From Octopus vulgaris (taxonomy: Eukaryota), in NCBI GenBank assembly GCA_951406725.2, contig OX597815.1, positions 1,240,001 to 1,304,000 on the forward strand: a stretch of DNA of 64,000 nt, in the 5' to 3' direction. The notes below the pieces were generated by a model. The model ran no database searches. It was given only the letters and a program-made list of their open reading frames with translations, and was not told the origin of the DNA. How positions within the stretch are numbered: position 1 is the stretch's first letter; each line of letters opens with the position of its first letter. The position numbers and the translations under genes were made by a program. Positions 25,250-38,963 of this stretch are shown piece after piece.

Positions 25250-26629
25250 GTAAGCTGCCAATTAATTTTTGAGATTTTTCTTTCATCTACTGCCAAGATG
25301 GTTTTGTAGCAAGTCATAAAAGGCGGCAATATGACGTAATGGTCGTTTGCCCAAACAAGCATAATTGTTGGTAATCCCATTGGTTAAAATTACTGCCCAT
25401 ATATGAATTCTAAAAGAAATCTTTCACAAAATACAGTTCTTAGAATTCGGATATGAGCAGTTATAAAAACCCTGATTTTGGGGAAATTACTAAGTGTTCG
25501 TAGGATGTTACTAAACTCCACGACACTCCTTGGCTATTTTTTATGCCATGTCTCTGTTAAAAATCCAACAAAACTTTTATGAATTGTTGTGAACTCCAGT
25601 AGTTAGTATGAAGGATTAGCTGGTGTGAATTTTAAGTCATAATTCTCTACAACAAAATGACTTTATTTTCCAATTTGTGCTATAAATGCTAAATGAACAT
25701 AAATTAATTAATGTAGTAATTATTTTCTCCTTCTTCACGTTCTTCAACTTGTTAATGAAATGTATTTCTGCAATTATGAAACTGTATATTTTTTTTATAG
25801 CGCTTCAAAGAACACAAATTTATTTATCTTCAACATACATGCACGCATAAAATGTCCGTTAGCATTTCAGAAAATTTATTTCTCATTATGGCGTTTATGT
25901 AGCTGGAGTTAGGATTTATGTATAATGATAACACTTAGAAGTAAGTTATAAGTGACGTGTTTATTAATATATAATCCTACTTCAAAAGTGAAATATATTT
26001 ATTATCTACTTCCAAATAGGAAACATATAAATAAGATAAAAACCATCACAAAACTAGTGATACGCAAACAGTCTTCAATCTGTTTATAAAAGTCTTGATG
26101 GGTTTAGAAAGAGAATGTCTTGTATTTATGGTTACACTGGAGACAGTTTCTTTGAATTTAAGATGTAGTATGATGCTGGCCGTGTGCCAAAATTTGAAAC
26201 CAATATTAGTAAGCTGAGCACATTGGTGGCAGCATACAAATAAAAGAAACAGCAGAAACAAAGAAAGAGCCCAGTGGTACTATTCCTATAATCAGTGGGA
26301 GCACAGTTAAATTAATGAGGGTTCTCTTAGGTTGTGGTATTGAGTCCACCTCTTCCTATTGATCTGTCTTGGAAAGGGAAGGTGTTCACTAAAGCAGTGC
26401 CACCACGGTGTTGACGCCATGTCTGTGTTGGTGCCACCTAAAAAGCTTCCATGCTGGTGCCATGCATAAAGCACCCAGTGCACTTTGTAAAGTGGTGGCA
26501 TTAGGAAGGGCATCCAGCCATGGCAACCATGCCAAAACAGACTACGGGACCCTGGTGTAGCTCTCCGAGTTACCATCTCTTGTCAAACTGTCCAACCCAT
26601 GTCAGCATGAAAAATTGGATGTTAAATGA

Positions 26630-27040
26630 TGATGATGATATATATATATATATGCTCTCTGTGTTTGTGTGTGTACATATACATATATATGTATACATAT
26701 GGGCTGCTTATCTTGGCTAACTTCAAAGAATCACACATTATATCATCGTCATCATCGTTTAACGTCCACTTTCCATGCTAGCATGGGTTGGACAGTTCAA
26801 CTGGGGTCTGGGAAGCCTGAAGGCTGCACCAGGCCCAGTCTCCAGCCTTCTGGCTTCCCAGACCTCAGTTGAACCGTCCAACCCATGCTAGCATGGAAAG
26901 CGGACGTTAAACGATGATGATGATGATATAATGTGTGATTCTTTGAAGTTAGCTAAGATAAGCACCCATATGTATACATATATATGTATATGTACACACA
27001 CAAACACAGAGCATATATATATATATATATCATCATCATC
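26630..27040. repeat. Long inverted repeat (about 195-bp arms, 16-nt spacer)
   Basis: 26630-26826 is the near-exact reverse complement of 26843-27040, including non-transposon sequence TGGCTAACTTCAAAGAATCACACATTATATC. Confidence 0.92.
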
Positions 27041-27426
27041 GTTTAACATCCATTTTCCATGCTAGCATGGGTTGGACGGTTCGACCGGGGACTGGGAAGC
27101 CAGGAGGCTGCACCAGGCTCCAGTCTGATCTGGCAGTGTTTCTACAGCTGGATGCCCTTACTAACGCCAACCACTCCGTGAGTGTAGTGGGTGCTTTTTA
27201 CATGCCACCAGCATGGAAGCCAGTCAAGGCGGTGCTGGCATCGGCCACGTATGGATGGTGCTTTTAACATGCCACCGGCACAGGTATCACAACTACAATT
27301 TCCCTTTGATATTTATTTTGATGTTGATGTACTTGACTCAATAGGTCTCCTCAAGCACAGCAGGTCACCCTACGATCCAAGGCACTTTGGAAGGGCTGGG
27401 GCTTCTATGTGAAGCTGGTGCAGGAA

Positions 27427-27462
<36 letters not shown>

Positions 27463-28896
27463 GACATGATGTATATTCCACATCATGTCTTTATTAGATC
27501 TTCAGATGTGTTTGACCAAGGAATTTGGAATTAAAAGTTCCTTTTTACCTGATTCCCAAAATAGTTAAACAAGTAAACTTGTTTTCTTACATGTCTCTCT
27601 TTCCTTTCTCTCTCTCTCTCTCTCTCAACTTTCTCCTCACCTTTTCTCCCCCCCCCCCACTTCAACATATGGTAAATGGGATTCCCTGGCATTGCTGGCA
27701 GCTGTCTTCTATTTTAATAATGAATAAAAAAAATCATGAATAATGTTGATATTCAGGATGAGGATGATGATACTACTACTACTACTACTAGTACTAGTAG
27801 TAGTAGTAGTAGTGGTAGTAGTGCTTTCAAATTTTGGCACAAGGCCAGTAATTTCAGAGGTAGGGGTTAAGGGAACTACATTGACCTCAGTGTTCTGCTG
27901 GTCCTTAGTTTATAAACCTTGGAAGAGGGAAAGGTAAAGTTGACGTTGGTGGAGTTGGAATAGAGAACGTGAACACAGAGAAAATGCTGCCAAACATTTT
28001 GCCCTCTGTGCTAACCATTCTACCAGCTCACCACCTTATAAGGATAATAATAATAATTAATTCTGTTTTTTTTGATAATTAATTCTGGTTTTTATAATAA
28101 TAATAGTAATAATAATAATAATAATAATATGCTCATTGTATACTATAGGCGCAGGAGTGGCTGTGTGGTAAGAAGCTTGCTTCCCAACCACATTGCTCCA
28201 GGTTCAGTCCCACTGCGTGGCACCTTGGGCAAGTGTCTTCCACTATAGCCTCGGGCCGACCAAAGCCTTGTGAGTGGATTTGGTAGAGGGAAACTGAAAG
28301 AAGCCCATTGTGTGTGTGTGTATGTACGTATTTTGTGCCTGTGTTTGGTGCTCCAGTATGGCCATAGTCTTGTGACTGAAACAAGTAAAAGGATTATAAA
28401 AAAAAAACTGTTTTGTTGATAAACCCTCCTGCCCCCCTCGCTCTCCTTTTCCTCCCTCCTCCCCCCTCGCTTTCCTTTTCCTCCCTCCTCCCCCTGCTCT
28501 CCTTTTCCTCCCTTCTCCCCATCCAGAAGACATTCCGGAGATCCTTGGAAGAAAGAATGGTAAGACTTTGTATAAATAGCAGATGTTGAGATATTAAAGG
28601 AGGTAGGCATGGTTGGATGCTGACAGTGATGTGTGAATGAGGGCAGGTCTAATGAGTGGAGTGTCTCCCCCATGTGGGACAATGAGTGCAGTCTCTCCCT
28701 CATGTTTAACTATAAACTTGAGTCTCTCCCCCCCCCCCTTGTGTATTATGGTGGAAAGAATGAAGGCACTTGGTAAGTTTTAAGACCTGTGGAGAAGCTG
28801 GTGTCTGTGTGTCTGTCTATATTTTCACAACACATACAAGCATCCACTCCACCACCACCACCACCACCACGGCTAGAATTTCATTGTGAGCACTAT

Positions 28897-28937
<41 letters not shown>

Positions 28938-29042
28938 GACAAAGCATAAACAACAATTTACCGTTTGCGTTTGCTTGTATATGGAATATTCACTCACAGA
29001 CTGGCTTTTTGTTTTTGAAACTTTCACAGATCTTTATCTCTG

Positions 29043-29098
<56 letters not shown>

Positions 29099-29383
29099 AG
29101 TGAGCTGGGGTTGGGATGTGGGGAGGAAGAGATAAACAGTGAAAGGTGAACTAAAAACACCACCAGAATATAAAATGAAGGGGCCTGAAATGTCTGTTTC
29201 TGTGTTAAACTAAATCTCAAAACAGACCAACGATTGTTTTGGTTTAGAAAACAGAAGAATCCTTATTTTTGGTTTCTCCTTCCTTTAAAATGTCTTGGGC
29301 CATGGAACAATATACACTGGTCCATTTGTTGAATCATTCTCTGATTTTCTCTCTCTCTGTACATGTATGTATGTGTGTATGTG

Positions 29384-29441
<58 letters not shown>

Positions 29442-29861
29442 AAGAGCCAGACTAGATGTTTAGACTAATTTCATGTCAATTCTAAGACAGTTGCTGTTTG
29501 TTAAACCCATTCTGCTCTCACCTATGGCAGCCCTCAACAATCTGCAACTTTAAATTTAGGTGAGATTTTCAGTTATATTACAAACATTCTCCTAAGATAA
29601 CATTTTTTAGTATTCATTTTTTTAAAAATTCTTTGTGAAGTGTTTTTGTTTTATTTTAAACTCCGCCCAGCAACTTTCCAGTTTGTCCATTCTTCATAAT
29701 GAGTTCTTTGAAGGTTTTTTTTAGTTATGGAAGTTGGCAGAACAGATTTTTAATATTTCAAGAGATAATGTTTTTGTCCTAAAGATACTGAATGCCTCCA
29801 AAAGTCTGGGTAACCAAGACAGTGTTGAATGCTGGACTATTAATAATGATAATGATTAGTT

Positions 29862-30520
29862 CTGGTTTTATTGGCCACAAGGGCTAACATAAATCGAAAA
29901 CATGTAAGGACAAACACGGGAGGAAAAGTACAAAGGGCTTAACGAAAAAAACGGTCCGTGTAAACATTCAAGATAACAACGAAAAATATAACAAATAAAA
30001 CTCCGAATAGGGGGAGGCGCTTTGAAAGGTTACTCATGGAAAAACCCATAAAGCCACGGGAGCCTGGTCAAAAAGGGTAGAGAGCCCCTTCTATATTACC
30101 TTTTTTCTTACAGGTGTAACCTCAGAATTGGTCCGTTCATACTGGCCATTTTACCAACATTCACCCATCTTTCAATAAATTTGTTACGAGACAGCACTTC
30201 CCTCTCTACTCTCATCTTCCTTTTCAAGTGGAACTTGAAAAAGTTGATGAGGCCTTGGCCAAAGAGGTGGTATGGTCCACCAAACCACTTCTTTTGCTAC
30301 AGCCACTAGACAAATTGCCTTGCCCTCCCAGTTAAAGGAGGTTGGTGGGGCAATCTTCACTATGGATTCAGCTGATAGCCGGATCCGTCCTACACGTGAC
30401 AGTAGCTGTTCGACATAAACCCACAGGTCAGCAATACTTGGGCAATAATAATAATAATAATAATTCATTCGTTTATTGGCCACAAGGGCTAACAAAAATC
30501 AATTAAAACATAAAGGGACA
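29862..30520 (-). mobile_element. L1/Tx1-like LINE 3' end remnant
   Basis: Minus translation CPSIADLWVYVEQLLSRVG...AKEVVWWT, then (frameshift) FFKFHLKRKMRVEREVLSRNKFIERW, resembling the Tx1/L1 ORF2 C-terminus after the CCHC knuckle; 3' end with AATAAA and TTAGCCCTTGTGGCC duplicated at about 30470. Confidence 0.6.
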
Positions 30521-30768
30521 AAACACAAATAATGTCTCTCAGAGTTCAGTGTTCCAATCCTGCAGGAGTCAACTTTGACTTTCATCTCTCTTGGGTTACC
30601 ACATGTTATGCTACAGTAAGCCAGTCAGTTGGAGAGTGGGTTTTCGCCCACATGGTTCCAGGTTCAGTCCCACTGAATGGCGCCTTGGGCAGGTGTCTTC
30701 TATTATAGCCTCAAGCTAGCCAAACCTTTGTGAGTGGATTTGGTAGATAAAAACTGAAAGAAGCCCTT

Positions 30769-30837
<69 letters not shown>

Positions 30838-30842
<5 letters not shown>

Positions 30843-31102
30843 TAGAATAACTTAGAAAGGTTTTAGCCAGTATTGACCCAGGCCATGTCTAACTTAATAG
30901 CCCCACCTGGCGAAGTCTTTCAATTCAGGATTTGGGCACCAAGGCCCATTCGAGCAGAGAGTTATTGTTTGCGGAGACATATCTGGGTGTGGGTGGTTTG
31001 TCCGGGACTGTTTGAAGGAATTTGTCCAAAGACTTCTTGAATTTTGTGTGGTCAGTTTCTGTTTTGACGTGTCCTGGAGTAATGTTGAAGAGAGCAGGTC
31101 CA
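30838..31102 (-). mobile_element. CR1-group LINE 3' end
   Basis: Minus translation GPALFNITPGHVKTETDHTKFKKSLDKFLQTVPDKPPTPRYVSANNNSLLEW resembles a CR1-group ORF2 C-terminus; short 3' UTR and repeated TTCTAAGTT tail. Confidence 0.68.
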
Positions 31103-32124
31103 ATTCTCCTTCTTCCTCCTCCTCCTCTTCTTCTTCTCCTCTTCTTCTTCCTCCTCCTCCTCTCCCGCCTCCTCCTCCTCCTCTTCTTCCACTTCTTCCT
31201 CCTCCTCCCTCTCATTCCATTCTTTCTCATACTACCTCTCTTTCTCTTCATATGCCACCACCGCTGCCGCCACCCACCCCAACCCCACCATGCCCTCCTA
31301 TCTCTGTGTCTGTAACACTTATTCAAAACTGCCCCAGACAGCATCGAGTATTTCAGCAGAATGCCAGGTAATTGTAAACCTACCCATTAAAACAGAAAGA
31401 ACCTTTAAAGTGGGGGGTGAGGGGGAGAGAAGGGTGGGGTGGAGGGAGAAGTCGTTTCCAATTACCATACTTCCTCCCACCCCGTCTCTTTCCACTAGCT
31501 GTTCCAATCTTCTAGCGTCCTCCCTCTTCCTCTCTTAAGTGCTGTTTGATTCTTGCCCTAGGCACTTCCTATCACTTACATACACACCTTTGGATACATT
31601 ACATCATTTATATATATATATGTGGGGGGGGGGGGTATTTGTGTATGCATGTATACATACATGCATGAAAGCTTCAAGCACATGTATACACACACACATC
31701 TTGCATATCCGTACATGTATATATGTACGAATGTATGTTTACGCCAGTTCTTCCAAAAACTGGGTGTGTTTACAAATGCAACGAGTACCCATCCACCCCA
31801 CCCTACCCCACCACCTATTAAAAACATGACTAACACTAAATAATTAGAGACATTATTACAATGTTATGACACCCACCCTTTGACACCCCCCCCCCACTCT
31901 TTTGGTGAAACAGTTTCTCATCTTTTACTGGCAGCCAAAGTTGTAACTGGGTTGACATCACACAACCAGCAACCTATCTCAGTCTTGATGCTAGTAGTAG
32001 TAGTAGTAGTAGTAGCAGCAGCAGCAGCAGTAGGTATTGTTTAGCCCTAGGCAATCCTGATCCAACGGATGTATCTGATCAAAGGTGTTCCATGCATAAC
32101 ATACTGTCCTTGCCGCCAACTTTA

Positions 32125-33683
32125 TACCCAGATCCACACTAATAATTTAGAAGTGAAATTTAGGATTTCTCGGTTTTCTGTGAATCAATTTCGATAAAAT
32201 TTCCCCCAGCTGGTCTGCACCCTATGGCAACACCATTGTTATGTTTTCATTATTCTGTGTAATGTCCTTTCTTTTTTATTTCAGATTCTTCAGTTTTGGG
32301 GTGAACCATGCTAATAGCTTTTGAATGAAAAGTAGCCCATCTAGACATTTTTTTTTCAGAAAACGAAGGGTAATGATGCATATTGAGCATACATTGAGTC
32401 TATATTTAACAGAAAAACCATAATAATGTTTATAACATTTATTGACATAATGAATTATTTAGCCACATCAGAGCCATTTCAACGGATAACTTCAAAAGAC
32501 CCCATTAGTTGTGGAATCTGTCAGTTTCTTGATTGTAGCAGGTTGGGCTGCCTCTGCTGCCGCTTTCATGGTCACCCATAAAAGACATCTTTCAACGTAA
32601 ATTGGCATCCCTCAGCATAAACATCTTGTTTGATGATGGACCAAAGATTTTCAATGGGGTTGAGATCCAGAGATGCTGGCGACCACATCATCAACCTTTC
32701 ACCTTGTATGCCATAAGACCCTAGGAATGTTTGGGTGGTCCTAGCAGAGTGTGAGGGAGCGTTGTCATGCACGAATACGAGATTCCCGAGAAGTGACAGC
32801 AGTATGTCATCTAGCCAGGGATCCAAGACCTCCTTCAGGAGATTGCAGTAGGCGGTTGTGGTCACTTTAACCTCTCCAGGCACCCTGACTGGGCCAATAT
32901 GTCTGTCCCCAATGATACCAGCCTGCAACATGACTTCTCCACCCTCTTGTTGACATTGTAAACATTAGTGACACTCATCTCCAAAATAGACCCGACCATT
33001 TGCTCAACTGTCAGGTCTGTTAGGGGTCACCCTGGTTTTGTCAGTAAACAGAACACAACTCATGTCTAAAGTCCTATACTTTTTGGCCTATTGAAGCCTC
33101 AAACTCCTGTGATGAGGCATTAAAGGAGGCAGTTTCAGGGGTCCTCACATGGAAGCCATGGTCCTGAGGATGCGATTTCTGGTGGTTTTCGGTCCATGAG
33201 GAAGTCCGGAGGCAGAGAAAATGGCTTTGCTTGTTTGTCCAGGTTTCCCACGTAACTTGCAGCCAATATTCCTTAAATCCTTAGCTGTCACAGTCTTGGA
33301 AATCCCACAATCAGATCATTTCTTCCTTGGCAAAGGGCCCTTTAGGAATTGTCTAACTGTGTCCACATGATGACCTAACTTCTCCGCAATGACATGAAGA
33401 GAGGTACCTTTAGCACTTTCCTTGGTAACAGACTTTTCTTCTTCATTAAGGCCTTTTCCACGTTCCATTGTTCTTAGTGAGGAGAGACGCTATTAGTGTA
33501 GTTCACCCCAAAACTGAAGAATCTGAAATAAAAAAGAAATGACGTTACACAGAATAATGAAAACATAACAATGGTGTTGCCATAGTGTGAAAACCAGCTG
33601 GGAAAAGTTTTTATCAAAACCAATTCGCAGAAAACTGAGAAATCCTAAATTTCACACTTAAGCTATTAGCAGTGTTTTGGGTG
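32125..33683 (-). mobile_element. Full-length degenerate Tc1-like transposon, DD37E (TRT-like)
   Basis: About 180-bp imperfect TIRs (about 32125-32306 and 33501-33683), TA at both outer edges, internal transposase pseudogene. Confidence 0.88.
32455..33468 (-). pseudogene. DD37E transposase pseudogene
   Basis: MERGKGLNEEEK..HVIAEKLGHHVDTVRQFL (HTH); VLFTDKTR (D1); HDNAPSH (D2) + 37 residues + E in DLNPIENLW; several in-frame stops and frameshifts. Confidence 0.88.
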
Positions 33684-33875
33684 TAGTTATTTCTACTTTC
33701 TGGAAGTGGTATAAGTCACCATACTTAACATAGTACAGGCCACCATACTTAATGTGATATAAGCTACCAGACTTAGTGATACAGATCACCATACATTTGA
33801 GCTACCTCATGTGATGTGGTGCATTGCAAATAATTAATGAGTTGAAATTAAAACCAATGAGAATAAAACTAATTA

Positions 33876-34382
33876 CCGTAAATCCTTGAGTATAATACAC
33901 AGGAGATTTTTAGGGGGCTGTATCTCTGAAAAACCTAAACCTTGTGTATAATATGCATCCCTTCTCTAACTTGAGTCGTGTGTAATTAAGCCAGTAGCAC
34001 CTAGTGTAACAAACACTTCCATGCATGTGTAATACAATAATGGTGATGTTCTTAACTGTTATATGGGAATGTAAATATATTTGCAAATTGTTTATTTTTT
34101 ACATGTTATTCTGTGTTCTGAATACTTTTATTTTAATAAATGTTGCTTACTGCAAGTTATGGATGATTCTTTTATGATTTCATTGCTTTCATGCTTAGCT
34201 TAAGGTATTTTCACGCCCGACATCACAAAATGTGTCTGAATAAACATTGCCGGACAGCAAATAGAGACTTGGACATTGCTTAGAAAATAATTTTCATTTT
34301 TAACCTCATATATAGCATGCACTAGGGATTTTGACCTTTAAATTTGGGGGAAAAAATGCGGATTATAATCGAGGATTTACGG
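33876..34382. mobile_element. pogo/Tigger-like MITE (about 507 bp)
   Basis: TA|CCGTAAATCCTTGAGTATAATACAC ... GCGGATTATAATCGAGGATTTACGG|TA terminal inverted repeats with TA TSD. Confidence 0.82.
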
Positions 34383-36648
34383 TAGTGGTTAATGAAAATT
34401 ACTGGCCGAAGTAGCAAGGGAGATTAACTAACTGGTTGCCTTTACTTAACTATATTTTCTTCCTGCAGAAGACACTCTAGGTAAATTTTCCAATGTTTTA
34501 AATTGCTCAATTAGTGAATTATTTTCTCACCAAAGTCTGTGTTCAAAAATTCTGTTGAGATTATGATCAACAGAGACGGTCCAATAAGACTGGAACATGT
34601 TTAGAGTTTTTAATCTGTTGGTTTGATCTGAAGGAAGGGGCAAAGTTCATAGGCTTTGCAGTCTCTTGAAAACCCAGTAAGTTGGATGCTGTTATTGTCC
34701 CATTTAACCCCTTTATTACCATTTTCCTGCTGAAATCCACTGCTTTTCTTTCAATTAACGAAGGACTTAATGAAATAACTTTGTCACTATTAATTAAGTG
34801 TTTGGAACTTGAATTATCATGAAGTTTTTGATGGAAGGTTTTAATTCCGATTGCTTCAAAACTGGGAATTAGTATCGGAACCAGGGCTGGTCTCGAATAA
34901 TTTAGAATAGAAAGAGGGGTTAAACAGTTGATGGTGCTGCGGGTGAGTTTTGCTTTTTTCATTCGCTTTGAAATAATCTTTTCTGTTATGATAAGCACAA
35001 CGCCTGAAATTTTGCGAGGAGGTGCTACTCAATTACATCAACCCCCAGTGTATAACTGGTACTTATGTCATCGACCCTGGAAGGATGAAAGGCAAAGTTA
35101 ACCTCAGTGGAATTTGAACTCAGAACGTAAAGATGAACAAAATGCTCGTCAGCGTTTTGTTCCACCTGCCAACAATTGTACCATCTTATCACCTTTTTTA
35201 CCTTTGAAATATTGGAAGGAAGTGAAGGCAGCGAGCTGGCAGAGTGGTTAGCACACTGGAAGAAATGCTCAGTGGTATTTTGTCTGCCGCTACATTCTGA
35301 GTTCAAATTCCACCGAGGACGACTTTGCCTTTCATCCTTTCAGGGTTGATTAAATAAGTACCAGTTGAGCACTGGGGTCGATGTAATCGACTTAATCCGT
35401 TTGTCTGTCTTTGTTTGTCCCCTCTGTGTTTAGCCCCTTGTGGGTAGTAAAGAAATAGGTATTTCATCTGCCACTACATTCTGAGTTCAAATTCTGCTGA
35501 GGTTAACTTTGCCTTTCATTCTTTAGGAGTTGGTAAATTAAGTACCAGTTGCGTACTGGGGTCGATCTAATTGACTGGATCCTTCCCTCAAAATTTCAGG
35601 TCTTGTGCCTAGAGTAAAAAAGAATATTGGAAGGAAAGTGTGATAGGGTGAAAGGGTGGTGAGGTACCCTTCTTGGGAATTGGTAGATGCTGCAGTGAGT
35701 CTCCAAAGGTTAGGATGCATCTCTGCAAAGAGACAGAGAGAGGGGCGGGGGGGGAGACTGATAAGTTTGATGATTGTTAAGGCCTAACTGTAGAATTTAT
35801 TGATTGACTGTAAAAAGGACAACATCGGAATTGGTTGAGTCATTGGTTTGAAGTGACTGGAGACTGTTTTGCCTTTGATGCACGTGGGTGGGTGGGTGGG
35901 TGTGGTAGAGTTGGAAGATTGATTTAGCATGTATTCACAACTTGAGATGTTTTGTGAAGGTCAAAGGTTACTAATCCTTCACCTTCTATCTTTTATTTGT
36001 TTCACTCGTTAGACCATGGCCATGCTGGAGCACCACCTTGAAGAACTTTAGTCAAATGAATCGACCCCAGGACTTAATTTTTTTCTTTGTCTTTTAAGTC
36101 TGGTATTTATTCTGTCAGTTTCTTTTTGTTGAACTGCTAAGTTACAGGGATGTAAACACACCAACACCAGTCATCAAGTGGAGGTGGAGGACAAACAAAG
36201 ACACACACACACATGACAGGCTTCTTTCAGTTTCCATCTCCCAAATTCACCCAAAAAAGCTTTGATTGGCCTGCGGCTATAGTAGAAGACACTTGCTCAA
36301 GGTGCCACGCAGTGGGACTGAACCTGGAACCTTGTGGTTGGGAGGCAAGCTTCTTACCACACAGCCACTGCTGCACCTTTATTCTGATTAAACCAGAAAA
36401 TGTTCTCATGCTGTTGTTGTTGTTGTTGTGAAGGCCGTCTGGTTTGTTTCACTCTAATTGGAAGTTTAAGGAGTTGTGCTGGATTCTGTAATTTGTTGTT
36501 GTTGTTCTTGTTCTTATACTGAATTACTCTTGAGACAAGTGGGCCAAATTGACTCTTAAGTTTCATAATTAATTATTTCACTTTTTAATCTCTCTACACC
36601 TGGGCTTATTAAAGTGTTAAGTGGCCTGTGTGTGTGTTTGTTGTATGA

Positions 36649-36682
<34 letters not shown>

Positions 36683-37237
36683 AAGGGTTGAGGAGGGTGA
36701 ATTAATGTTTCTCGTTAATAACAGTTCCAGCTGGTGAAATCTTTGGCAAAGTAAATTAACTTAAAATTGCTGTGCCACCTTGCTGTGATTTAGACTCATC
36801 TGGGAGCACTGTGTAATTAACAGAAAACTAAGGAGTATCTTTAGAATATTATGAAGGGATCCAAAAAGCAAAATGTAGGAGAAATTTTTTGATTTAGAAG
36901 AGTGAAAAATAATATTAAAAAATATAATTTCTCTTTGTTGGCACGTAAAAAGCACCAACCGATCGTGGCCATTGCCAGCCTACCCTGGCACCTGTGCCGG
37001 TGGCACGTAAAAAGCACCCACTACACTCGCTGAGTGGTTGGCGTTAGGAAGCGCATCCAGCTGTAGAAACACTGCCAGATCAGACTGGAGCCTGGTGCAG
37101 CCTCCTGGCTTCCCAGACCCCAGTCGAACCGTCCAACCCATGCTAGCATGGAAAATGGACGTTAAATGATGATGATGATGTTGTCAATTGTATATAATTT
37201 CAGTTATTTTTGGATTTCTGTTGTTTTCTATTTGCAG

Positions 37238-37407
37238 GTGAAGCAATACTTGATGGTGGACCCAGTTTCGTTATAACTCCAAACACACTCCTTCTGTGTG
37301 CCAATGGCAAGACACAATTTTCACAGTCATCACAACCCAAAAATTCAATTTATTTTGCACCAGAAATGCACACTGGAATTGCAGCATCAGAAGCTGCCAT
37401 TGAAAAG
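37238..37407 (+). CDS. PTPN13: PTPN13-like coding exon 2 (KIND)
   Basis: tttgcag| ... |gtttgt; (G)EAILDGGPSFVITPNTLLLCANGKTQFSQSSQPKNSIYFAPEMHTGIAASEAAIEK with KIND-like ITP.LLL and APE motifs; phase 1 to 0. Confidence 0.9.
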
Positions 37408-37720
37408 GTTTGTATTACGGACCCATGTGGCGATTATTCACATAATTAAACCATTTTTGAGGTCTTCTCCATCTCCTGCAATCTTTTTGTTGATGTCATC
37501 CAGATTATTTAACGCTTCTACTGGCATGAATGAAGTTGTGTGTGTGTGTGTGTGTGTGATAACTATGGCAAGTCACTTGACAGAAAAGGAACTGTGGACA
37601 TCACTGATTGATTTCTTATCTGGTGTGAAGCTTGTGGTGCAGGTCACTGACCTCGATGGGCCCCAGTGCAGCAGATGTGTGACCTTTAGTTGAGAAAAGT
37701 GTCAGGGGGGTGTTTACCTT

Positions 37721-38100
37721 GGAGGTGCAATGGCCCAGTGGTTAGGGCAGCGGACTCGCGGCCGCAGGATCGCGGTTTCGATTCCCAGACTGGGCATTGT
37801 GAGTGTTTATTGAGCGAAAACACCTAAAGCTTCACGAGGCTCCTGCAGGGGGGGGGGGGTGAACCCTGCTGTACTCTTTCACCACAACTTTCTCTCACTC
37901 TTTCTTCCTGTTTCTGTTGTACCTGTATTTCAAAGGGCCAGCCTTGTCACACTCTGTGTCACGCTGAATCTCCTTGCAAACTATGTTAAGGGTACACATG
38001 TCTGTGGAGTGCTCAGCCACTTGCACGTTAATTCCACAAGAAGGCTGTTCCGTTGATCGTATCAGCTGGGACCCTCATCGTCGTAACCGACGGAGTGCTC
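37721..38100 (+). mobile_element. tRNA-derived SINE family D (CpG-rich young copy; older relative at about 50940-51260)
   Basis: GGAGGTGCAATGGCCCAGTGGTTAGGGCAGCGGACTCGCGG...GGTTTCGATTCCC tRNA-like head; body CAAAGGGCCAGCCTTGTCACACTCTGTGTCACGCTGAATCTCC shared with 51090-51260. Confidence 0.75.
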
Positions 38101-38258
38101 CCTTACCTTGGGTGTTACGTCTGTCAAGCAGTAATACTGGTGTCCCAAGGTGAGTCCAGGAGATAAACCATTGTACGTATTAATGACTGTCTTAACAATG
38201 TTAATTATAATCCAGAGATTAGCCAGTAATTAAACCTGCATTATTCTTTTAATTTCAG

Positions 38259-38324
38259 ATATATGTTTATTCCTTGGGGAAAACCCTTCAAGTTGCTCTT
38301 GAGCATTGTTCAAAGAAGAACCCG
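38259..38324 (+). CDS. PTPN13: PTPN13-like coding exon 3 (KIND)
   Basis: tttcag| IYVYSLGKTLQVALEHCSKKNP |gtttgt; matches the KIND YSLGxTL motif; phase 0 to 0. Confidence 0.88.
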
Positions 38325-38478
38325 GTTTGTAGAAATTTTGGTTTTAAAACAAATCACTTTATCACATGAATTTATCTAGATGTGTATATGTGTATATATG
38401 CATTGTTGAACCATTCAATACACATTATTTTTTACAAACAATACTCACTGCTTCAAGCGAACTACATCTCTCTTATAT

Positions 38479-38518
<40 letters not shown>

Positions 38519-38963
38519 ATAGGATGTTGCAAAAAGCTTCAGATTCACTCTTGATCAATGTTTCAATAAGAAGCCCAGTGTGCACAGGTTCAAACTGTGA
38601 TGGAATCTGAAAAAGAAAATGGTAAAGCATTAATTATATGAAGACATTGTTAACATCTGCCTAACTTCACCGGTTCCACAGCAATGGTCAAGTTAAATAT
38701 GGGTCTACCATATCCTGTATGGGTGTGTGTGTATATAGATTCTCTCTTTATATATATATATAACAATTTTTTTATAATTATGAGTATAATTATAATTAGG
38801 GTTCAGCAAAAAATTGCTTCACCACATACCGAAAATTTAGAAATAGCAGCCAAACACCCAGCTATTTCTCTACTGTAAAAGAATCTCCCAGATAACATAT
38901 ACTCAAAAACAATCCACGTAGGTAAAGAGAAAAACAACGAAATTCACCCAGGAATTTGATTAA

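Noticed and set aside
30925-31371. Arg-rich and Pro-rich ORFs
   Set aside because: Come from (CCT)n/(CTT)n microsatellite fused to a LINE 3' fragment
34567-34998. 143-aa minus-strand ORF
   Set aside because: No recognisable domain, non-ATG start, antisense within an intron; consistent with chance
37721-37795. Apparent tRNA gene
   Set aside because: tRNA-like head continues into a SINE body shared with 50940-51260; no clean acceptor stem or T-run terminator
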